Positions 54,801 to 64,000 of a stretch of 64,000 bases of DNA are shown one piece after another. This DNA comes from Auanema rhodensis (Eukaryota; Animalia; Nematoda): assembly GCA_964057225.1 (NCBI GenBank), contig OZ059897.1, positions 18,600,001 through 18,664,000 of the forward strand, given 5' to 3'. A program made the position numbers and the translations under genes. The stretch's first letter is position 1; each line of letters opens with the position of its first letter. Under the pieces are notes generated by a model. That model did not search any database, was not told the origin of the DNA, and saw only the letters and a list, made by a program, of their open reading frames with translations.

Positions 54801-57800
54801 AGTTGATATCTCGGTGCATTTTTAAGCTAGCGCAAATCTGAAAACACAGATCGACGCAGCTTAAAAATCCGCATCGAATGCACTATACTACATTGAGAAA
54901 CGTTTGATACAAAAATTAGTTATGATCGTTTGAAAAATGATGCATTAGTGTATGTTGAGTTTCCATGTACACTCAACATTGCTTCCAAAAACATTTTGAC
55001 AAAAATTTTTTCGAAAAATTTCAAAATAGTTTAGCAAAAAGTAGATGTTTTTAGATTCCATTTTTCAGGGCAAAGACGATGGACAATGTTATTCAACGAA
55101 AAAATTAATTCTTCAGGGTGAAAATCGAGGATATAAGTGTGAACTTATATCAGTTGATATCTCGGTGCATTTTTAAGCTAGCGTAAATCTGATAACACAG
55201 ATCGACGCAGCTTAAAAATCCGCATCGAATGCACTATACTACATTGAGAAACGCTTGATACAAAAATTAGTTATGATCGTTTGAAAAATGATGCATTAGT
55301 GTATGTTGAGTTTCCATGTACACTCAACATTGCTTCCAAAAACATTTTGACAAAAATTTTTTCGAAAAATTTCAAAATAGTTTAGCAAAAAGTAGATGTT
55401 TTTAGATTCCATTTTTCAAGGCAAAGACGATGGACAATGTTATTCAACGAAAAAATTAATTCTTCAGGGTGAAAATTGAGGATATAAGTGTGAACTTATA
55501 TCAGTTGATATCTCGGTGCATTTTTAAGCTAGCGCAAATCTGATAACACAGATCGACGCAGCTTAAAAATCCGCATCGAATGCACTATACTACATTGAGA
55601 AACGCTTGATACAAAAATTAGTTATGATCGTTTGAAAAATGATGCATTAGTGTATGTTGAGTTTCCATGTACACTCAACATTGCTTCCAAAAACATTTTG
55701 ACAAAAATTTTTTCGAAAAATTTCAAAATAGTTTAGCAAAAAGTAGATGTTTTTAGATTCCATTTTTCAGGGCAAAGACGATGGACAATGTTATTCAACG
55801 AAAAAATTAATTCTTCAGGGTGAAAATCGAGGATATAAGTGTGAACTTATATCAGTTGATATCTCGGTGCATTTTTAAGCTAGCGTAAATCTGATAACAC
55901 AGATCGACGCAGCTTAAAAATCCGCATCGAATGCACTATACTACATTGAGAAACGCTTGATACAAAAATTAGTTATGATCGTTTGAAAAATGATGCATTA
56001 GTGTATGTTGAGTTTCCATGTACACTCAACATTGCTTCCAAAAACATTTTGACAAAAATTTTTTCGAAAAATTTCAAAATAGTTTAGCAAAAAGTAGATG
56101 TTTTTAGATTCCATTTTTCAAGGCAAAGACGATGGACAATGTTATTCAACGAAAAAATTAATTCTTCAGGGTGAAAATTGAGGATATAAGTGTGAACTTA
56201 TATCAGTTGATATCTCGGTGCATTTTTAAGCTAGCGCAAATCTGATAACACAGATCGACGCAGCTTAAAAATCCGCATCGAATGCACTATACTACATTGA
56301 GAAACGCTTGATACAAAAATTAGTTATGATCGTTTGAAAAATGATGCATTAGTGTATGTTGAGTTTCCATGTACACTCAACATTGCTTCCAAAAACATTT
56401 TGACAAAAATTTTTTCGAAAAATTTCAAAATAGTTTAGCAAAAAGTAGATGTTTTTAGATTCCATTTTTCAGGGCAAAGACGATGGACAATGTTATTCAA
56501 CGAAAAAATTAATTCTTCAGGGTGAAAATCGAGGATATAAGTGTGAACTTATATCAGTTGATATCTCGGTGCATTTTTAAGCTAGCGTAAATCTGATAAC
56601 ACAGATCGACGCAGCTTAAAAATCCGCATCGAATGCACTATACTACATTGAGAAACGCTTGATACAAAAATTAGTTATGATCGTTTGAAAAATGATGCAT
56701 TAGTGTATGTTGAGTTTCCATGTACACTCAACATTGCTTCCAAAAACATTTTGACAAAAATTTTTTCGAAAAATTTCAAAATAGTTTAGCAAAAAGTAGA
56801 TGTTTTTAGATTCCATTTTTCAAGGCAAAGACGATGGACAATGTTATTCAACGAAAAAATTAATTCTTCAGGGTGAAAATCGAGGATATAAGTGTGAACT
56901 TATATCAGTTGATATCTCGGTGCATTTTTAAGCTAGCGCAAATCTGAAAACACAGATCGACGCAGCTTAAAAATCCGCATCGAATGCACTATACTACATT
57001 GAGAAACGTTTGATACAAAAATTAGTTATGATCGTTTGAAAAATGATGCATTAGTGTATGTTGAGTTTCCATGTACACTCAACATTGCTTCCAAAAACAT
57101 TTTGACAAAAATTTTTTCGAAAAATTTCAAAATAGTTTAGCAAAAAGTAGATGTTTTTAGATTCCATTTTTCAAGGCAAAGACGATGGACAATGTTATTC
57201 AACGAAAAAATTAATTCTTCAGGGTGAAAATCGAGGATATAAGTGTGAACTTATATCAGTTGATATCTCGGTGCATTTTCAAGCTAGCGCAAATCTGATA
57301 ACACAGATCGACGCAGCTTAAAAATCCGCATCGAATGCACTATACTACATTAAGAAACGCTTAATACAAAAATTAGTTATGATCGTTTGAAAAATGATGC
57401 ATTAGTGTATGTTGAGTTTCCATGTACACTCAACATTGCTTCCAAAAACATTTTGACAAAAATTTTTTCGAAAAATTTCAAAATAGTTTAGCAAAAAGTA
57501 GATGTTTTTAGATTCCATTTTTCAAGGCAAAGACGATGGACAATGTTATTCAACGAAAAAATTAATTCTTCAGGGTGAAAATCGAGGATATAAGTGTGAA
57601 CTTATATCAGTTGATATCTCGGTGCATTTTTAAGCTAGCGCAAATCTGATAACACAGATCGACGCAGCTTAAAAATCCGCATCGAATGCACTATACTACA
57701 TTAAGAAACGCTTAATACAAAAATTAGTTATGATCGTTTGAAAAATGATGCATTAGTGTATGTTGAGTTTCCATGTACACTCAACATTGCTTCCAAAAAC

Positions 57801-60800
57801 ATTTTGACAAAAATTTTTTCGAAAAATTTCAAAATAGTTTAGCAAAAAGTAGATGTTTTTAGATTCCATTTTTCAAGGCAAAGACGATGGACAATGTTAT
57901 TCAACGAAAAAATTAATTCTTCAGGGTGAAAATCGAGGATATAAGTGTGAACTTATATCAGTTGATATCTCGGTGCATTTTTAAGCTAGCGTAAATCTGA
58001 TAACACAGATCGACGCAGCTTAAAAATCCGCATCGAATGCACTATACTACATTGAGAAACGCTTGATACAAAAATTAGTTATGATCGTTTGAAAAATGAT
58101 GCATTAGTGTATGTTGAGTTTCCATGTACACTCAACATTGCTTCCAAAAACATTTTGACAAAAATTTTTTCGAAAAATTTCAAAATAGTTTAGCAAAAAG
58201 TAGATGTTTTTAGATTCCATTTTTCAAGGCAAAGACGATGGACAATGTTATTCAACGAAAAAATTAATTCTTCAGGGTGAAAATCGAGGATATAAGTGTG
58301 AACTTATATCAGTTGATATCTCGGTGCATTTTTAAGCTAGCGCAAATCTGAAAACACAGATCGACGCAGCTTAAAAATCCGCATCGAATGCACTATACTA
58401 CATTGAGAAACGTTTGATACAAAAATTAGTTATGATCGTTTGAAAAATGATGCATTAGTGTATGTTGAGTTTCCATGTACACTCAACATTGCTTCCAAAA
58501 ACATTTTGACAAAAATTTTTTCGAAAAATTTCAAAATAGTTTAGCAAAAAGTAGATGTTTTTAGATTCCATTTTTCAAGGCAAAGACGATGGACAATGTT
58601 ATTCAACGAAAAAATTAATTCTTCAGGGTGAAAATCGAGGATATAAGTGTGAACTTATATCAGTTGATATCTCGGTGCATTTTCAAGCTAGCGCAAATCT
58701 GATAACACAGATCGACGCAGCTTAAAAATCCGCATCGAATGCACTATACTACATTAAGAAACGCTTAATACAAAAATTAGTTATGATCGTTTGAAAAATG
58801 ATGCATTAGTGTATGTTGAGTTTCCATGTACACTCAACATTGCTTCCAAAAACATTTTGACAAAAATTTTTTCGAAAAATTTCAAAATAGTTTAGCAAAA
58901 AGTAGATGTTTTTAGATTCCATTTTTCAAGGCAAAGACGATGGACAATGTTATTCAACGAAAAAATTAATTCTTCAGGGTGAAAATCGAGGATATAAGTG
59001 TGAACTTATATCAGTTGATATCTCGGTGCATTTTTAAGCTAGCGCAAATCTGATAACACAGATCGACGCAGCTTAAAAATCCGCATCGAATGCACTATAC
59101 TACATTAAGAAACGCTTAATACAAAAATTAGTTATGATCGTTTGAAAAATGATGCATTAGTGTATGTTGAGTTTCCATGTACACTCAACATTGCTTCCAA
59201 AAACATTTTGACAAAAATTTTTTCGAAAAATTTCAAAATAGTTTAGCAAAAAGTAGATGTTTTTAGATTCCATTTTTCAAGGCAAAGACGATGGACAATG
59301 TTATTCAACGAAAAAATTAATTCTTCAGGGTGAAAATCGAGGATATAAGTGTGAACTTATATCAGTTGATATCTCGGTGCATTTTTAAGCTAGCGCAAAT
59401 CTGATAACACAGATCGACGCAGCTTAAAAATCCGCATCGAATGCACTATACTACATTAAGAAACGCTTAATACAAAAATTAGTTATGATCGTTTGAAAAA
59501 TGATGCATTAGTGTATGTTGAGTTTCCATGTACACTCAACATTGCTTCCAAAAACATTTTGACAAAAATTTTTTCGAAAAATTTCAAAATAGTTTAGCAA
59601 AAAGTAGATGTTTTTAGATTCCATTTTTCAAGGCAAAGACGATGGACAATGTTATTCAACGAAAAAATTAATTCTTCAGGGTGAAAATTGAGGATATAAG
59701 TGTGAACTTATATCAGTTGATATCTCGGTGCATTTTTAAGCTAGCGCAAATCTGATAACACAGATCGACGCAGCTTAAAAATCCGCATCGAATGCACTAT
59801 ACTACATTGAGAAACGCTTGATACAAAAATTAGTTATGATCGTTTGAAAAATGATGCATTAGTGTATGTTGAGTTTCCATGTACACTCAACATTGCTTCC
59901 AAAAACATTTTGACAAAAATTTTTTCGAAAAATTTCAAAATAGTTTAGCAAAAAGTAGATGTTTTTAGATTCCATTTTTCAGGGCAAAGACGATGGACAA
60001 TGTTATTCAACGAAAAAATTAATTCTTCAGGGTGAAAATCGAGGATATAAGTGTGAACTTATATCAGTTGATATCTCGGTGCATTTTTAAGCTAGCGTAA
60101 ATCTGATAACACAGATCGACGCAGCTTAAAAATCCGCATCGAATGCACTATACTACATTGAGAAACGCTTGATACAAAAATTAGTTATGATCGTTTGAAA
60201 AATGATGCATTAGTGTATGTTGAGTTTCCATGTACACTCAACATTGCTTCCAAAAACATTTTGACAAAAATTTTTTCGAAAAATTTCAAAATAGTTTAGC
60301 AAAAAGTAGATGTTTTTAGATTCCATTTTTCAAGGCAAAGACGATGGACAATGTTATTCAACGAAAAAATTAATTCTTCAGGGTGAAAATCGAGGATATA
60401 AGTGTGAACTTATATCAGTTGATATCTCGGTGCATTTTTAAGCTAGCGCAAATCTGAAAACACAGATCGACGCAGCTTAAAAATCCGCATCGAATGCACT
60501 ATACTACATTGAGAAACGTTTGATACAAAAATTAGTTATGATCGTTTGAAAAATGATGCATTAGTGTATGTTGAGTTTCCATGTACACTCAACATTGCTT
60601 CCAAAAACATTTTGACAAAAATTTTTTCGAAAAATTTCAAAATAGTTTAGCAAAAAGTAGATGTTTTTAGATTCCATTTTTCAAGGCAAAGACGATGGAC
60701 AATGTTATTCAACGAAAAAATTAATTCTTCAGGGTGAAAATCGAGGATATAAGTGTGAACTTATATCAGTTGATATCTCGGTGCATTTTCAAGCTAGCGC

Positions 60801-63800
60801 AAATCTGATAACACAGATCGACGCAGCTTAAAAATCCGCATCGAATGCACTATACTACATTAAGAAACGCTTAATACAAAAATTAGTTATGATCGTTTGA
60901 AAAATGATGCATTAGTGTATGTTGAGTTTCCATGTACACTCAACATTGCTTCCAAAAACATTTTGACAAAAATTTTTTCGAAAAATTTCAAAATAGTTTA
61001 GCAAAAAGTAGATGTTTTTAGATTCCATTTTTCAAGGCAAAGACGATGGACAATGTTATTCAACGAAAAAATTAATTCTTCAGGGTGAAAATCGAGGATA
61101 TAAGTGTGAACTTATATCAGTTGATATCTCGGTGCATTTTTAAGCTAGCGCAAATCTGATAACACAGATCGACGCAGCTTAAAAATCCGCATCGAATGCA
61201 CTATACTACATTAAGAAACGCTTAATACAAAAATTAGTTATGATCGTTTGAAAAATGATGCATTAGTGTATGTTGAGTTTCCATGTACACTCAACATTGC
61301 TTCCAAAAACATTTTGACAAAAATTTTTTCGAAAAATTTCAAAATAGTTTAGCAAAAAGTAGATGTTTTTAGATTCCATTTTTCAAGGCAAAGACGATGG
61401 ACAATGTTATTCAACGAAAAAATTAATTCTTCAGGGTGAAAATCGAGGATATAAGTGTGAACTTATATCAGTTGATATCTCGGTGCATTTTTAAGCTAGC
61501 GCAAATCTGATAACACAGATCGACGCAGCTTAAAAATCCGCATCGAATGCACTATACTACATTAAGAAACGCTTAATACAAAAATTAGTTATGATCGTTT
61601 GAAAAATGATGCATTAGTGTATGTTGAGTTTCCATGTACACTCAACATTGCTTCCAAAAACATTTTGACAAAAATTTTTTCGAAAAATTTCAAAATAGTT
61701 TAGCAAAAAGTAGATGTTTTTAGATTCCATTTTTCAAGGCAAAGACGATGGACAATGTTATTCAACGAAAAAATTAATTCTTCAGGGTGAAAATCGAGGA
61801 TATAAGTGTGAACTTATATCAGTTGATATCTCGGTGCATTTTTAAGCTAGCGCAAATCTGATAACACAGATCGACGCAGCTTAAAAATCCGCATCGAATG
61901 CACTATACTACATTGAGAAACGCTTGATACAAAAATTAGTTATGATCGTTTGAAAAATGATGCATTAGTGTATGTTGAGTTTCCATGTACACTCAACATT
62001 GCTTCCAAAAACATTTTGACAAAAATTTTTTCGAAAAATTTCAAAATAATTTAGCAAAAAGTAGATGTTTTTAGATTCCATTTTTTAAGGCAAAGACGAT
62101 GGACAATGTTATTCAACGAAAAAATTAATTCTTCAGGGTGAAAATTGAGGATATAAGTGTGAACTTATATCAGTTGATATCTCGGTGCATTTTTAAGCTA
62201 GCGCAAATCTGATAACACAGATCGACGCAGCTTAAAAATCCGCATCGAATGCACTATACTACATCGAGAAACGCTTGATACAAAAATTAGTTATGATCGT
62301 TTGAAAAATGATGCATTAGTGTATGTTGAGTTTCCATGTACACTCAACATTGCTTCCAAAAACATTTTGACAAAAATTTTTTCGAAAAATTTCAAAATAA
62401 TTTAGCAAAAAGTAGATGTTTTTAGATTCCATTTTTCAAGGCAAAGACGATGGACAATGTTATTCAACGAAAAAATTAATTCTTCAGGGTGAAAATTGAG
62501 GATATAAGTGTGAACTTATATCAGTTGATATCTCGGTGCATTTTTAAGCTAGCGCAAATCTGATAACACAGATCGACGCAGCTTAAAAATCCGCATCGAA
62601 TGCACTATACTACATTGAGAAACGCTTGATACAAAAATTAGTTATGATCGTTTGAAAAATGATGCATTAGTGTATGTTGAGTTTCCATGTACACTCAACA
62701 TTGCTTCCAAAAACATTTTGACAAAAATTTTTTCGAAAAATTTCAAAATAGTTTAGCAAAAAGTAGATGTTTTTAGATTCCATTTTTCAAGGCAAAGACG
62801 ATGGACAATGTTATTCAACGAAAAAATTAATTCTTCAGGGTGAAAATCGAGGATATAAGTGTGAACTTATATCAGTTGATATCTCGGTGCATTTTTAAGC
62901 TAGCGCAAATCTGATAACACAGATCGACGCAGCTTAAAAATCCGCATCGAATGCACTATACTACATTGAGAAACGCTTGATACAAAAATTAGTTATGATC
63001 GTTTGAAAAATGATGCATTAGTGTATGTTGAGTTTCCATGTACACTCAACATTGCTTCCAAAAACATTTTGACAAAAATTTTTTCGAAAAATTTCAAAAT
63101 AATTTAGCAAAAAGTAGATGTTTTTAGATTCCATTTTTTAAGGCAAAGACGATGGACAATGTTATTCAACGAAAAAATTAATTCTTCAGGGTGAAAATTG
63201 AGGATATAAGTGTGAACTTATATCAGTTGATATCTCGGTGCATTTTTAAGCTAGCGCAAATCTGATAACACAGATCGACGCAGCTTATAAATCCGCATCG
63301 AATGCACTATACTACATCGAGAAACGCTTGATACAAAAATTAGTTATGATCGTTTGAAAAATGATGCATTAGTGTATGTTGAGTTTCCATGTACACTCAA
63401 CATTGCTTCCAAAAACATTTTGACAAAAATTTTTTCGAAAAATTTCAAAATAATTTAGCAAAAAGTAGATGTTTTTAGATTCCATTTTTCAAGGCAAAGA
63501 CGATGGACAATGTTATTCAACGAAAAAATTAATTCTTCAGGGTGAAAATTGAGGATATAAGTGTGAACTTATATCAGTTGATATCTCGGTGCATTTTTAA
63601 GCTAGCGCAAATCTGATAACACAGATCGACGCAGCTTAAAAATCCGCATCGAATGCACTATACTACATTGAGAAACGCTTGATACAAAAATTAGTTATGA
63701 TCGTTTGAAAAATGATGCATTAGTGTATGTTGAGTTTCCATGTACACTCAACATTGCTTCCAAAAACATTTTGACAAAAATTTTTTTGGAAAAATTTCAA

Positions 63801-64000
63801 AATAGTTTAGCAAAAAGTAGATGTTTTTAGATTCCATTTTTCAAGGCAAAGACGATGGACAATGTTATTCAACGAAAAAATTAATTCTTCAGGGTGAAAA
63901 TCGAGGATATAAGTGTGAACTTATATCAGTTGATATCTCGGTGCATTTTTAAGCTAGCGCAAATCTGATAACACAGATCGACGCAGTTTAAAAATCCGCA
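45819..64000. repeat. Satellite array, 351-bp monomer (right arm; ~52 monomers, same orientation)
   Basis: The array resumes exactly where it was interrupted. Monomer start 48021 minus 8708 (element plus TSD) equals 1+351x112, so the register is preserved. Confidence 0.99.

Noticed and set aside
1-64000. CRISPR array
   Set aside because: The units are contiguous, near-identical 351-bp monomers with no unique spacers and no cas genes.

Overview
AT-rich eukaryotic (metazoan-type) DNA. About 55 kb is one very homogeneous head-to-tail satellite array with a 351-bp monomer (~157.5 copies). The array is interrupted once, at monomer position 256-260, by an 8,703-bp BEL/Pao LTR retrotransposon (37116-45818). 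The element has two identical 231-bp TG...CA LTRs, a 5-bp TTAGT target-site duplication, a PPT, gag, and a -1-frameshifted pol. The pol lacks the N-terminal part of RT and has an in-frame stop. The element is a chimera. After the 5' LTR comes a 42-nt cDNA copy of the entire 3' half of mature tRNA-Gly(GCC), from CCA to the anticodon. This is fused directly to a 2.39-kb antisense, stop-free pol fragment of a different BEL/Pao family, followed by a second, normal-length 12-nt PBS. This layout fits a frozen aberrant plus-strand synthesis event: primer read-through, capture of a co-packaged RNA, then joining to the minus-strand end. The result is a young, non-autonomous element carrying antisense sequence against a relative. 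All comparisons were made by eye; no searches were run.
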